Virus record (IMG/VR): IMGVR_UViG_2698536687_000001
Length of the DNA stretch: 64,000 bases
Direction: 5' to 3' (one strand)
From: a virus
Taxonomy: Duplodnaviria > Heunggongvirae > Uroviricota > Caudoviricetes
The notes under the pieces were generated by a model that searched no databases, was not told the DNA's origin, and worked only from the letters and a program-made list of their open reading frames with translations. A program made the translations under genes and the position numbers. Of this stretch, positions 1 to 10,469 are shown in pieces (positions within the stretch are counted from its first letter, which is position 1; every line of letters begins with the position of its first letter).

Positions 1-115
1 TCGCGGTGTCGGCGTTCCCCGCCAGCGCCCCGGTGATCCCACCATTGAAAGTCTGGCGTGCACTCCATGTGTTAGCCGTGCTCAACAGGGGGATCTTTTC
101 ACCGCTTGTGCCAAG

Positions 116-141
116 TTCTCTTAAACCAAGGTTTAGGATTG
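116..141. other. cix: cix-like crossover site for the Cin invertase (TTCTCTTAAACC-AA-GGTTTAGGATTG); bases 1-115 are the edge of an invertible tail-fibre C segment
   Basis: 12-2-12 dyad-symmetric site with TAAACC half-site ends, resembling hix/gix/cix sites; overlaps the cin stop codon at 133-135. Confidence 0.6.
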
Positions 142-693
142 AAATGATGACGCAGGAAACTTTTTATAAAGCGTGGAAACAGCAACATCATAGATGATTG
201 CAACCTGCTTACGGGGGATGCCATTCTCCAGCAATCGACGCATTTGCTGCCATGTTTCTTCTTGGTATTTAGGCCGACGGCCTCCTATTCGACCTTCTGC
301 GCGAGCTGCATCAAGTCCAGCGCGTGTACGTTCAACGATAAGCTCACGTTCCATTTCTGCCAGCGCCCCCATTACGTGAAAGAAAAAGCGCCCCATTGGT
401 GTACTGGTGTCGATGGAGTCAGTGAGACTCCGGAAGTTAATGCCTCTGTCACGCAGCTCTTCCACCAGCACAACTAAGTGACGCATGCTGCGCCCAAGAC
501 GATCTAACTTCCATACGACTAGGGTGTCACCTCTGGAAAGCATACGGAGAACCTTTTTTAACCCAGGGCGTTCAGCCTTTTTGCCGCTCGCCTTGTCCTC
601 AAAAATTAGCTCACATCCTGCGCTTTCAAGAGCGTTTCGTTGTAAAGCAGTGTTTTGTTCATTTGTTGATACGCGTACATAGCCTATTAGCAT
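133..693 (-). CDS. cin: Serine recombinase, Cin/Gin/Hin/Pin-family DNA invertase
   Basis: 186 aa; N-terminus MLIGYVRVSTNEQN with catalytic Ser, GDTLVVWKLDRLGRS and C-terminal HTH (IYDVAVSTLYKK), near-identical in pattern to P1 Cin as recalled. Confidence 0.9.
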   Translation of the reverse strand: MLIGYVRVSTNEQNTALQRNALESAGCELIFEDKASGKKAERPGLKKVLRMLSRGDTLVVWKLDRLGRSMRHLVVLVEELRDRGINFRSLTDSIDTSTPMGRFFFHVMGALAEMERELIVERTRAGLDAARAEGRIGGRRPKYQEETWQQMRRLLENGIPRKQVAIIYDVAVSTLYKKFPASSFQS

Positions 694-820
694 ATTTTCT
701 GCTCACTATCGTTATTTATAGCAAGCTGCGGATTTTAATTAACAAAAACCAGTATGTGTGGAAATCACAAAGTACATACCGTTTCCCAATGATATTTAAT
801 TCACTATTAAGGAAATAGTT

Positions 821-1102
821 ATGTGTGATTTCACAATAATGCTCCTCTCCATCCTTGGCGGGGTGCATTCGTTTCTGAATGGGGTTCGTGAAAAACGTTA
901 CGAAGCGTCATGCAGGCAATTGATGGCCGAGTGTATTGCTGCCGTACTTGCAGGCTTTATAGGCATGTATTTCGCGGAATATAAGGGTATGGATGAAAGT
1001 CTTCAGAATTGCGTGACTATTATTTGCAGCATCAATAACAGGCTCATTCTTGAAAAGTTACAAAGGATTATCGATTCGTACCTCAATAGAAATGCCTCTT
1101 AA
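821..1102 (+). CDS. Hypothetical small protein with hydrophobic segments, between cin and the lysis/dar operon
   Basis: 93-aa ORF with ATG preceded by AGGAAATAG; no recognisable motif. Confidence 0.3.
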   Translation: MCDFTIMLLSILGGVHSFLNGVREKRYEASCRQLMAECIAAVLAGFIGMYFAEYKGMDESLQNCVTIICSINNRLILEKLQRIIDSYLNRNAS

Positions 1103-1169
1103 GCAACAAATGACCGGTTGAGAAGTTACTTTGCATACCATTACCTCCTGACAACGTAGGAGGGAACTT

Positions 1170-1499
1170 GTGCTTGACACACAGGAATTAGCTCCAGTTG
1201 CTATTGCGCTCCTGCTTTCAGTAATTGGTGGGATAGGCACGTTCCTGATGGATGTCCGAGACGGTCGCCAGTCTGGCAATTTGTTGGGATTGGTTACGGA
1301 GATCTTTGTTGCAGTGACAGCTGGCGCGGTGGCGTACCTATTGGGGCAACACGAGGGCTGGGAGTTATCAATTACGTACTTAATGGTAACGATAGCCAGC
1401 AATAACGGTCATGAGGTGATTTCAGGGATGAAACGAGTGAATATCGATAGCATTCTGAATGTTCTTACAAGTTTGGTGAAAAAGGGAGGCGGGAAATGA
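1170..1499 (+). CDS. lydA: Holin (P1 LydA-like)
   Basis: 109 aa, hydrophobic helices (VAIALLLSVIGGIGTFL, IFVAVTAGAVAYLL), charged C-terminus; first gene of the dar operon as in P1. Confidence 0.7.
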   Translation: MLDTQELAPVAIALLLSVIGGIGTFLMDVRDGRQSGNLLGLVTEIFVAVTAGAVAYLLGQHEGWELSITYLMVTIASNNGHEVISGMKRVNIDSILNVLTSLVKKGGGK

Positions 1500-1939
1500 T
1501 TGGCTGGGGTGTATGCGTTCTTGCGTTAGCCTTAGCCGATCGCTATTTGCTAAAACGCAAGGACATCACGCATTTAGAACTTGGTGATGTGGAAATTAAA
1601 CCGGGTTTCATCCGGGTGCCGTTCAAGTACCGGTCTAAATTCCCGTTTTTGCGCGGCGCAACGGTCAGATATTGGATCCGCGATGTTCAGAAGCCGACGA
1701 CAGTGATTGAAGGTGAACAACGTTGTCTGACGTCGGCTGAACAGGGCGAAAACAGTGAATGGTTGTACATACCCACTGAATATATGGGTAAAGGAGAGCG
1801 ACTGTGGCATTTCAACGTCATGGTTACGCATGGCGACTCGTTCATTAACCCGTTGTATCGGATTTTCCCTGTTACTCAGCAAATCCGCAGAAGTTACGTA
1901 ATAAATCTCGCACAGGATGTGTCAGATGACGAAAAATAA
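1496..1939 (+). CDS. lydB: Antiholin-like protein (P1 LydB-like)
   Basis: 147 aa, start overlaps lydA stop (ATGA coupling), N-terminal hydrophobic segment; position matches P1 lydB. Confidence 0.55.
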   Translation: MIGWGVCVLALALADRYLLKRKDITHLELGDVEIKPGFIRVPFKYRSKFPFLRGATVRYWIRDVQKPTTVIEGEQRCLTSAEQGENSEWLYIPTEYMGKGERLWHFNVMVTHGDSFINPLYRIFPVTQQIRRSYVINLAQDVSDDEK

Positions 1940-2528
1940 GTATGCAACGGTCGATTTTGACCAGGTTAATGAAAAGGGGCTGAAATCCCTTATCGCGGCG
2001 ATCAATAAAACCGGTGTTACGGTAATTGAGGTTGACTCCAGCAACCGCGCAACAACGAAAGATGGCGTTAAAGTTAAAACCGCAAAGCTGGTTCTTAACG
2101 ACGGACAAATTCTTGCCATACAGGTAAACGATACTGGCGATATATCGTCTGTGAAACTGAATGGAAAAGCTATTCCTAACGCTCAGTCGCCGGATATCAA
2201 GACGCTTGGTACCGTCATGGGACAGGCGGCCCGCAAAAACTCCGCAAAATTCCAGAAATCACTGATCGCCAAAGCGAAGCGTGTTGCCAATCCGGTAGAC
2301 AAGAAACCGGCAGTTAAATCCAACTTTCAGCGCCTGCAAGAAGCAAAACAGCGGAATGCTCAGGTGGTTGCCGCTTATAAATCAGCGCAGAACTCGGTGT
2401 CTTTCAATCAACAGCAGATCACTGATTTGCGGGCGAAGCTGGATAAGGTGACAGGCCGACTCAATAACGAAAAGGCCCGAAATGGCGAACTCAAACGCCG
2501 TCTTAAGCAACTGAAAGCAGGAAATTAA
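1926..2528 (+). CDS. hdf: Hdf (homolog of DarA fragment), head-associated antirestriction component
   Basis: Shares the NSAKFQ-containing lysine-rich segment with the downstream DarA ORF; start taken at ATG 1926 (AGGA 9 nt upstream), alternative ATG at 1917. Confidence 0.6.
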   Translation: MTKNKYATVDFDQVNEKGLKSLIAAINKTGVTVIEVDSSNRATTKDGVKVKTAKLVLNDGQILAIQVNDTGDISSVKLNGKAIPNAQSPDIKTLGTVMGQAARKNSAKFQKSLIAKAKRVANPVDKKPAVKSNFQRLQEAKQRNAQVVAAYKSAQNSVSFNQQQITDLRAKLDKVTGRLNNEKARNGELKRRLKQLKAGN

Positions 2529-2529
2529 C

Positions 2530-4449
2530 ATGGAACAGTTCAATATCAATAAAGGGGTGACGATCAAGCCTGGGCTTGACGTGCTTCCCCCGCCAGTGAC
2601 TGATGATGAATATCGCGCATTAATGGCCGGTGAGGACCGCTATCTGATGACGGAATCCAACACCCTGGAGGAAATCGAGGCTACGTTCTTCTATGACACG
2701 CCGATCCACTGGTGTGCTACGGATTTACTGGAGGCGATTAGTTCTACTCGTTTGCAGTTACACCGGACCATGCAGGCATTTGTCCGGGCATTGAACCAGA
2801 AGCTGAATGGTACCGGAATCTCTGCGGGGAGTGATAAAACGGGGGATGTGGCCCAGAGCGGCGCGCGCGCGATCGGCGGCGCTGAAATTGGCCGGGCACG
2901 TAACGTTAACGGGCTGCCGGTCTTGCCAGCCATTATTCCGCTCAGTGATGGTCAGACTATCAGCATTCTGTTTCATAGCCCGACAGCGGAAAACCGGATC
3001 ACCAATAGCGATACGCTGGTTGCTTTCCAGTTCTTACTGAATAAAAAAGACGTTACTCACACAGTTGCTCCGATGAGTGGACGTGATATGACGCTGGCGC
3101 AGGTCACCATGAAACTTGCCAACCTTGCAGAGAAAAACTCGGCAAAATTCCAGCGTGCGCAGAAGAAGAAAAAAGCCCTTGTTGATGAAATAACCCAACT
3201 ACAGGCTGACAGTGACCAGAAAGAGGATGCCATGAGCGACCTCGCGGATCAGGTGGCAGCGGTAGAAGGGCAGAAGGCAGATCTGGAGCAGAAAATTAAC
3301 GCTGTTGCATCGGAAGCGGATTCTCTTTATGAAGAGAATGAGCGTTTGCAGACGGAGATTGATCAGCTCAATCGCACTGGTGGGCGCAATACCATTGCTC
3401 CAGCGGGGATGACTGGTGGGCACTCTCACGCGCTGACGGATCGCCTTGCCAGTATCAAAAATCGTATGCATATGGACGGGGAAGTGACGCTCAGTAATGG
3501 TGCATCAATGAAGCAATTCATTGGGGGCAGCGAAGGGTATATCCAGTTAACCGATCCGGATGGCAGCGTATACATGATCAAGGCTAAATCCATACAGGGT
3601 GTGGACATGGCAGATGCGATCGGCAAGCTGTTTAAAGCCTATAAAGCGGGTAATGTATCGGAATACCTGGTCCAACCAGAAGAACATAAACCGGAAAACG
3701 TCGAACCTGAACCAGCGGAGGATACCGGTAGCTCTTCGCCTGAACCAGAAGTCTCTGTAGGTGCATATCGATATGCCCTGCAAATGCGTCCGGCGGCCCC
3801 TGGCGCAATACCTGAAGGTAACAAAGCAATTCTGCCGCGCCCTGATGAAGGTGACCCGTATTATGAATATGCACGCTACGGCATTGCTACTTACGATACC
3901 CCGCTTTCTGATCAGCAAATGAGTGAGTACGACCTGAAGTTATTGCCTCGCGAGGATTCTTTCGACTTCCTGGCGAAGACACTTACTAATGGTCCGTTTG
4001 GCAAATATGCACAAAAAGCTCTGGAGCTGGCCACCAGCTCACCAGACGAGTTCCGCGTAATGCTGAAAACTCAGTTTCAAAAAACTTTCCCCAATATTGC
4101 GTTTCCGGGTGGCGCTGGCACCGAGAAAATGGTGCAGAGCATGATCAATGCATTGCAGGCCGAAGTCGGTGAGATTACTCAGCCAGAACCGGCCCCGGCA
4201 CAGCCTGATGAAACGGTTAGCGAAGCAGATGCAGAGGCTAATAAAGCCATTGAATATCTCAATAACGTGATGGATATGCAAAGCACTGACATGGCGGAGA
4301 TCCGTAACGCCCGGGGCAATGTCCGGGAAGCGATTGCAGCCCTTCAGGCTGCCGGACGTTTTGAGGAAAACGAAGAGCTGGTTAATGGCGCTGCTCGCCA
4401 CCTGGCTGATCTGCTGGTAGCAATCCAGAAAGCGGGGGTAGCGGCATGA
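2530..4449 (+). CDS. darA: DarA, defence-against-restriction internal head protein
   Basis: 639 aa, matching P1 DarA size as recalled; coiled-coil centre; sits between hdf and ddrA. Confidence 0.7.
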   Translation: MEQFNINKGVTIKPGLDVLPPPVTDDEYRALMAGEDRYLMTESNTLEEIEATFFYDTPIHWCATDLLEAISSTRLQLHRTMQAFVRALNQKLNGTGISAGSDKTGDVAQSGARAIGGAEIGRARNVNGLPVLPAIIPLSDGQTISILFHSPTAENRITNSDTLVAFQFLLNKKDVTHTVAPMSGRDMTLAQVTMKLANLAEKNSAKFQRAQKKKKALVDEITQLQADSDQKEDAMSDLADQVAAVEGQKADLEQKINAVASEADSLYEENERLQTEIDQLNRTGGRNTIAPAGMTGGHSHALTDRLASIKNRMHMDGEVTLSNGASMKQFIGGSEGYIQLTDPDGSVYMIKAKSIQGVDMADAIGKLFKAYKAGNVSEYLVQPEEHKPENVEPEPAEDTGSSSPEPEVSVGAYRYALQMRPAAPGAIPEGNKAILPRPDEGDPYYEYARYGIATYDTPLSDQQMSEYDLKLLPREDSFDFLAKTLTNGPFGKYAQKALELATSSPDEFRVMLKTQFQKTFPNIAFPGGAGTEKMVQSMINALQAEVGEITQPEPAPAQPDETVSEADAEANKAIEYLNNVMDMQSTDMAEIRNARGNVREAIAALQAAGRFEENEELVNGAARHLADLLVAIQKAGVAA

Positions 4450-4811
4450 CACTATCAGCTATTGAGTTAATGGATCTCAGCGATAAGTTGGATGCTCTGA
4501 TGTCCAAAGCGGCGACCGCGAGTGGCATGGAGTTGCTGGATATCAGCGATGAAATTGACCAGATCATGCAACAGATGGGGTACGGCGCGTCCGGCGGTGG
4601 TAGTGGCGAGGAAAAACAACCTTCGGAACATGATGGTGTGCCAAAACTGGTTGCTGATTTCCTGGCTGATAAATTCGTCGATCAGAGCACCGATGCATTT
4701 ATCGGTACCTTGCAGGATTTGAGTCAATATGTTGGCACATACATCGACCTGGACCAGGTTAAACAGCACACGGCGGCATGGATAGCCGCCAACATTAAAG
4801 AGGCAGCATAA
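4446..4811 (+). CDS. ddrA: DdrA-like protein of the dar operon
   Basis: 121 aa, overlaps darA stop; position as in P1. Confidence 0.55.
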   Translation: MTLSAIELMDLSDKLDALMSKAATASGMELLDISDEIDQIMQQMGYGASGGGSGEEKQPSEHDGVPKLVADFLADKFVDQSTDAFIGTLQDLSQYVGTYIDLDQVKQHTAAWIAANIKEAA

Positions 4812-4823
4812 GGCGTAACAGGG

Positions 4824-7811
4824 ATGAGCTTAAGCGATCAGGTGGTAATGGCCACCAGCATAGAAACGCTGATCGAGCTGCTAAAGAACCTGCCCGATTA
4901 TGGGCGGGTTTCGTATGTGGTGACAGCGAAGGGAGACGAGGTAAAAACAGCGTTTGATATCGTCGATGCCTCAGTTCTTTTGGTATCCAATACTCTGGAT
5001 GGGAAAATTAATCCTGACTATCCCCAGGAACTTCAACCGCGCGACCGGACCCGCGCATCCAGCCTTCTTCAGGTTAACCAGATATCCAAAGATTTGCGGC
5101 CTGCTCAGCTTACTGATTCCGGTTTATCCAGCCATGGCGCGCCGATAATTGGTGAGGACAATGCCGTTGAGTCAGGTAATGGACGGACCATGGGGATCAT
5201 CAAAGCCTATCAGGACGGCAATGCGGATCGGTATCGTGAGTACCTGATTGATCATGCGACCGAATTCGGCATACGACCTGAAAAGGTTGAATCAATGACG
5301 GCTCCGGTACTGGTGCGCCGCCGGTTAACTAAGGTTGACCGCGTTCAGTTTGCCAAGGACTCAAATATTTCTGATCTTCAGGAAATGGCAGCCAGTGAAA
5401 AGGCTTTTGTTGATGCCGACAGCATAACACCGGCGATGATGGCGCTTTTTAACCCGTCAGAAAGCGGAGATCTGCTTAGCCGCAGTAATGACGCGTTTAT
5501 TCGCGGATTTATGACGCAAGTTGGTGCCACACAGGCGGCTGGCCTTGTAACGGAAGATGGGCGACCAACGCGGCAACTTGTTGACCGTATACAAAACGCG
5601 ATCTTTGCCAAGGCATATAAGGATGCGCGCCTGGTAAGGATGGTTGCAGAAGAACCTGATCCGGATATGCGTAATGTTCTGACGGCGCTTAATGCGGCAG
5701 CCAATGATTTTGTCCAGATGCAGGCTTTATCAGGAGAAGCGCACAAGCAGGCTGTGACAACTATTGTTGATGGCATTGAGACAGCGGATAGCCTCGATAA
5801 AAAGGCGCTGGCGGCATTGAAAGATGCGGTAGACCTGGTAAGGCAATCGAAGGAGTCAGGCCAACATATTACCGATGTTATTGCTCAGGGGGATATGTTC
5901 AGCGAAACAGCCCCGGAAGTGAAAGCTCTCGCGTTGTTCATCGTCGCGAATAACCGTAGCGCGAAGCGTATGGCCACCGCCTTTAAATTGATGGCTCAAC
6001 GTATCAATGATGAGTTACAGCACCAGTGCCAGGCGCTGGGGGATATGTTTGGCGGTGGTGATGTGTCGTTACAGGATATCCTTCGCCAGGTGTCTCAGGA
6101 ACTGGAAAACGAAGGCATGCAAGGGATATCCGGCGGTCTTTTCGAGTCCGTTTCCGGCGGTAGTTACAACGGTGTTGCTCCATATACCAGTTTGCTATTA
6201 CATCGGGCATCCGGCATCAAAGACATTATTCATCTGATCAGGCTGCTTTCCCGTACAGATCCCCAGGATGAACAGCTTGTACAAGTGCTTGCGCATTTTG
6301 TTCGAATGCCTGTTGCCGACGTGAAAAAATGGTGCCGATTATTCGGTATCAGCAATTCGTTACTTCGCGGCTTGTTAAATCACGCATCCTCCCTTGGGCG
6401 CGATGGCTTTGACGAGATAGCGCAGGCGATAAAAAACGGAGATATGCCACCAGCTATTGACTGGTTTTCCATTCGCCCAACCAGGGTGAAAGCATTCCTT
6501 AGCGCGGCGCATTCGGCATCACCATTGGCAGAAATGGTTCAGAGATTGTCGCTCATATTCACAGACCATACCGCGTTGGGTGATCTGACTCTGGACGAGA
6601 TGAAAGAAGCCTCCATTCAGTGGGCCGATCAACAAAATGAGGTTAACTCAGACTTCTTGCCAGCATTCAGGAAGGCCGTTAGTAAAGCGGATGATGCCCG
6701 TGGAATTCTGAAGGCATTTAAGGCATTGCAAAGTCGTGTTAATAAACATGTCGGTGATATCGATGGGGTAACGGCGGAAGGCCGGGATATTCTTAAAGAG
6801 CACGGCATAACACCAGAGTTTATTGATGAGATCAGGACGGATATGCAGCGTGAGGTCGTATCGTCCCTGCAAATTGTAGCCAGAGCGTTGGCGGATGCTA
6901 ATCCGAAGAGTGCGGCCATTGTTAACCGGGTTATTGGTGATATTGAAGCATCGGAGGGCATGGGGGCGCTGAAACTCTTCCTTTCGCGAGCGTTTAATCC
7001 TAACGGCAATATTCTCCCTGGCATTATTGGTGAGGCTAAAAAGTATGTCAGTGAAGAAGAACTTGAGCAGCTTGACCAACTACTTAAGCGATTCTCATAT
7101 AACCCGCAGACACGCTGGCAAATGAATCAGCGAAGTATGGGTTCGGTCCACGAGAAAGTGTTATCTGCCATGAACAGTGCGATCGCAAACTCATCCGTAT
7201 CTGAAGAAAAAGCTCTTGAGTGGGCCGACTCTTTTATCACGGAAGAAGTGGAAGAAGCTCGCGCTGGACAGAATGGTGGGATAGACCTGCGCAAGGAACT
7301 TGCTGATATTTATCGCCTGACCGGCGGGAAAATATCGACCTTATCAAAGGTAGTTCACCACCAGGGAAGGGCATATGCAAATCTAAATGGTGTTGTTGCT
7401 GTCAATTTGAACGATGAAAATGCAAGTGCACTGTGGCACGAGCTGGGTCATCATCTTGAGTACAGTAACCCTGGTTTGTTAGAGAAAGCCCGATCATTCC
7501 TGAAGGCCAATGTTGAAGGGGATAAGCCATCTTTCGTCAATATCGGTGGGCGTGGCAAGCCTGAATGGTGCTTCAGATCTCGATTGAGTAATATTTATAT
7601 GGCGAAGGTATACCCGCCAGTCTCAGTGAGTAACTCAGGGAAAATTCGGCAGAAATCACCGACTATTTCCAAAACGTCAGCAACGGAAGTATTCTCTATG
7701 GCTCTTCAGTTGTATCATGACAAAGAGGCCGCTGCCGCATCACTGATGAATGGTGACGGATTGCTGGAACTGTTATTAGGTGTGGCAAAGGAGCTAAATA
7801 ATGCAGATTAA
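4824..7811 (+). CDS. ddrB: DdrB-like large protein of the dar operon
   Basis: 995 aa ORF directly after ddrA; position and size as in P1. Confidence 0.6.
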   Translation: MSLSDQVVMATSIETLIELLKNLPDYGRVSYVVTAKGDEVKTAFDIVDASVLLVSNTLDGKINPDYPQELQPRDRTRASSLLQVNQISKDLRPAQLTDSGLSSHGAPIIGEDNAVESGNGRTMGIIKAYQDGNADRYREYLIDHATEFGIRPEKVESMTAPVLVRRRLTKVDRVQFAKDSNISDLQEMAASEKAFVDADSITPAMMALFNPSESGDLLSRSNDAFIRGFMTQVGATQAAGLVTEDGRPTRQLVDRIQNAIFAKAYKDARLVRMVAEEPDPDMRNVLTALNAAANDFVQMQALSGEAHKQAVTTIVDGIETADSLDKKALAALKDAVDLVRQSKESGQHITDVIAQGDMFSETAPEVKALALFIVANNRSAKRMATAFKLMAQRINDELQHQCQALGDMFGGGDVSLQDILRQVSQELENEGMQGISGGLFESVSGGSYNGVAPYTSLLLHRASGIKDIIHLIRLLSRTDPQDEQLVQVLAHFVRMPVADVKKWCRLFGISNSLLRGLLNHASSLGRDGFDEIAQAIKNGDMPPAIDWFSIRPTRVKAFLSAAHSASPLAEMVQRLSLIFTDHTALGDLTLDEMKEASIQWADQQNEVNSDFLPAFRKAVSKADDARGILKAFKALQSRVNKHVGDIDGVTAEGRDILKEHGITPEFIDEIRTDMQREVVSSLQIVARALADANPKSAAIVNRVIGDIEASEGMGALKLFLSRAFNPNGNILPGIIGEAKKYVSEEELEQLDQLLKRFSYNPQTRWQMNQRSMGSVHEKVLSAMNSAIANSSVSEEKALEWADSFITEEVEEARAGQNGGIDLRKELADIYRLTGGKISTLSKVVHHQGRAYANLNGVVAVNLNDENASALWHELGHHLEYSNPGLLEKARSFLKANVEGDKPSFVNIGGRGKPEWCFRSRLSNIYMAKVYPPVSVSNSGKIRQKSPTISKTSATEVFSMALQLYHDKEAAAASLMNGDGLLELLLGVAKELNNAD

Positions 7812-8109
7812 AATCGCAGCGCCATTAGGCGGAGATGCCATTATCGAATTTGATGATAATGAAGAAGTTTCCGGGCGTTTAAGCATTATCTCCGGTGACA
7901 TTACCGAGGACATGATCGCTGAAGCCATAGCTGGAGCAAATCCCAATAGCTATATGGGATTCGTTAACACCCTTGATGCTCCCGCAAGTGATGTTCTCCG
8001 AACGCTGCATCTTTACGCTGGCTGGTTTGTTGATTGGCCTGTTGTAGATGGTGGCGATGAGGACGACGACGATGATTTTGGTGATCATGTAGGTCAGAAT
8101 GTTTATTAA
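7801..8109 (+). CDS. Small acidic protein with poly-Asp tail, translationally coupled to ddrB
   Basis: 102 aa, start overlaps ddrB stop; C-terminal GGDEDDDDDFGDH. Confidence 0.4.
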   Translation: MQIKIAAPLGGDAIIEFDDNEEVSGRLSIISGDITEDMIAEAIAGANPNSYMGFVNTLDAPASDVLRTLHLYAGWFVDWPVVDGGDEDDDDDFGDHVGQNVY

Positions 8110-8279
8110 ATAGTATTAGTGTAAGCTTAATTAGCTATTTTTAAGGCACAAAATTTGTTTATTCTATAGACGGAGTTGTGCCTGATTTTATAATTAAATA
8201 TTTCTCGCGTGCTGTAATAAGTGAGAGTGTTAAATGGTAATACTGGTTGTCTTTAGCAAAAGCTTAAAAGGAAATATAA

Positions 8280-8714
8280 ATGAACTCTTCGTCAAAACAG
8301 GCGATCATAATTCATGATGTATTATGCCATTATTGTAAAACTCACTATGATAGTGATGTCATGGTATTAACTATTGAACAGGATGTTAATTCTGGGTGGA
8401 ATCTTCGTGGTAAAGGAGAAATCCATACTAAATGTTCATGTCCTGTCTGCGGAATGATGTATACTGCTGTAAAGAGAATGATACCTATTGAGTGTGATAG
8501 CTATTTATGTCCAACGTGTAATGAATCATCAAACCTTGAATATAATGTATACAAGATCGAACGAGTTCAAGATAGTAATGATTTTACATTTAAAGCTAAT
8601 ATAATATGTAAGAAATGTCACAATAAAAAAACATTGACTAAAGTCATCAAAAAAATCCTAAATATAAAGAGAATTGAAGTTAAACTTACAGGGATTACTA
8701 TTGAGAGATATTAG
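8280..8714 (+). CDS. Cysteine-rich putative double zinc-ribbon protein in an AT-rich islet
   Basis: 144 aa with CxxC/CxCxxC/CxxC/CxxC spacing; AAGGAAATATAAATG RBS; visibly lower GC than flanks. Confidence 0.5.
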   Translation: MNSSSKQAIIIHDVLCHYCKTHYDSDVMVLTIEQDVNSGWNLRGKGEIHTKCSCPVCGMMYTAVKRMIPIECDSYLCPTCNESSNLEYNVYKIERVQDSNDFTFKANIICKKCHNKKTLTKVIKKILNIKRIEVKLTGITIERY

Positions 8715-8819
8715 TGAATAATTTTGATAGGTATTTTATAGCTGGATTGTAATTTATAGCTGAATGTGATGAACATCGAATACAAGCAGGTAATAATCCC
8801 GCCAATCGGCGGGATTTTT

Positions 8820-9614
8820 TTAATCGCTTTCCACTTCTTCCGTGGTGTTTTCTTGCAGTTCTGTTAATGCAGCACGGCACAGGTTACGGGCATTGGCTAT
8901 AGCCACACTTTTTACCTCATCCGTCATTGTGCAGGTAATGTACTGATCGAGTTCTTCAGCTCGGATGATGCTTTTCCCAATCATAAACTCTATTTGCCAG
9001 AGCAGATCGGCATCCATCGTCAGTATTTCAGCCGGGCCTTCTGGGCCTGCGGGGAAGCAAACATAAGACTGTTTGCCCAGGCCGATAACTCGACAACTTG
9101 CTTCAAGAATTGCGCGCTTGAGGTCTGACTTTGTAACGGAAACAGGTTGATTTTCACCAGTGATTACGCCGTTGACATGGAAGTGGAAGGGCATGTAGCT
9201 TGAAATTCGCTCTACTTTCCATACGCCAGCAAGCGATCCTTCATGCAGCACAATGGGGGTAACCGCGAGTTTCATCTCACCATATAACTGCTGGCAGATA
9301 GCTGGATTGCTGAATACATCCAAAGGTTCACACTCAAACAGCGGCGCAATCTGCATGAGGTCCATCATGGTCATACCAGGGGTACGAGCAGTAATGAATC
9401 TGCGCATTCCAGTATCCATTGTGCGCCAGATAGCTACACCATGCTTTTTGCTCACTTCTTCAGTAAAGCCAAGGTGGCACATGATGGTTGTTTCGATAGC
9501 CAGATCGGAGATAGAAACCTTTTCGCCTGGCACTCCATCATTATTGATGGTCACTTCGACACTCTGGCCATTACGTAGGCGGTATTGAATGGTTTTAGTA
9601 TTTTGTGCTGTCAT
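8820..9614 (-). CDS. Hypothetical protein
   Basis: 264 aa from ATG at 9614 (MTAQNTK); the 304-aa six-frame ORF extends upstream of the likely start. Confidence 0.45.
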   Translation of the reverse strand: MTAQNTKTIQYRLRNGQSVEVTINNDGVPGEKVSISDLAIETTIMCHLGFTEEVSKKHGVAIWRTMDTGMRRFITARTPGMTMMDLMQIAPLFECEPLDVFSNPAICQQLYGEMKLAVTPIVLHEGSLAGVWKVERISSYMPFHFHVNGVITGENQPVSVTKSDLKRAILEASCRVIGLGKQSYVCFPAGPEGPAEILTMDADLLWQIEFMIGKSIIRAEELDQYITCTMTDEVKSVAIANARNLCRAALTELQENTTEEVESD

Positions 9615-9811
9615 AGTCTTTTCTCTGCTTAAAAACTGATGTATTGCGCCTTCAGGTGGGTCAGGAATGTTTTCCCACCAGCGAAAGCAATATCTCGGGG
9701 TGTTCTTTTCGTGAAAAGCGCGTGCCATTGCCAACTTTGGCGTTTTTTAGCGAGTTCGTGCTTTTGTCGGCGTCTGGACCACCGCTTTTCTTTCAGTCGT
9801 TTTTTACACAT

Positions 9812-10300
9812 TCAAAACGGAATATCGTCGTCAAAGTCCATTGGAGGTTCGTTATTGGCGTTGCTCTGAGGTTTACCGCCACCACTGTATTGCTGGTGGT
9901 TTTGAGGTTGGTTTGATTGCCCCCAGCCATTTGAGGACTGTGAATCGTCACGGCGAGCGCCGATCATTTGCATGGTGCCGCCCTGGCTGACGATAATTTC
10001 CGTCGTGTAACGTTCTACACCGGCGTCATCTGTCCACTTACGGGTTTTAAGTTTCCCTTCGATGTAGACCTGAGAGCCTTTTCGTAAATACTCACTCGCA
10101 ATTTCAGCAAGTTTTCCGAACAAAACTACTTTATGCCATTCTGTTTGCTCTTTCTGTTGGCCCGTTTGCTTGTCGCGCCATGATTCATTCGTTGCGATGC
10201 TGAGTTTTCCGACCGCGCCGCCATTTGGTATATACCTGATCTCCGGGTCTTGCCCCAGGGTACCAATCAGGATGACTTTGTTTACACCGCGTTGTGTCAC
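9812..10300 (-). CDS. ssb: Single-stranded DNA-binding protein
   Basis: 162 aa; OB-fold N-terminus ([18 protein letters not shown]), Gly/Gln-rich linker, acidic tail DFDDDIPF. Confidence 0.92.
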   Translation of the reverse strand: MTQRGVNKVILIGTLGQDPEIRYIPNGGAVGKLSIATNESWRDKQTGQQKEQTEWHKVVLFGKLAEIASEYLRKGSQVYIEGKLKTRKWTDDAGVERYTTEIIVSQGGTMQMIGARRDDSQSSNGWGQSNQPQNHQQYSGGGKPQSNANNEPPMDFDDDIPF

Positions 10301-10319
10301 TTATCTTACCTAATAAAAT

Positions 10320-10336
10320 AAATTAATTAGAGCAAT
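10320..10336 (-). promoter_or_regulatory. C1-operator-like site upstream of ssb
   Basis: AAATTAATTAGAGCAAT, 16/17 to reverse complement of ATTGCTCTAATAAATTT. Confidence 0.55.
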
Positions 10337-10469
10337 AATGTATATCTTTGAAACGTAGCTAACAAGTGATTTGCATTATCCTGTGCCTTCTAAAGGGATC
10401 GAGTCAGTCGGTATTGGCTGTGAATGGGTGTTTGTCCTGGAGCGTAAAAAATTCGCTTATGAGGTCTTT

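Noticed and set aside
6-197. 63-aa plus-strand ORF at the window start
   Set aside because: It spans the cix crossover site and the 3' end of cin; the real coding sequence here is more likely a minus-strand tail-fibre segment leaving the window.
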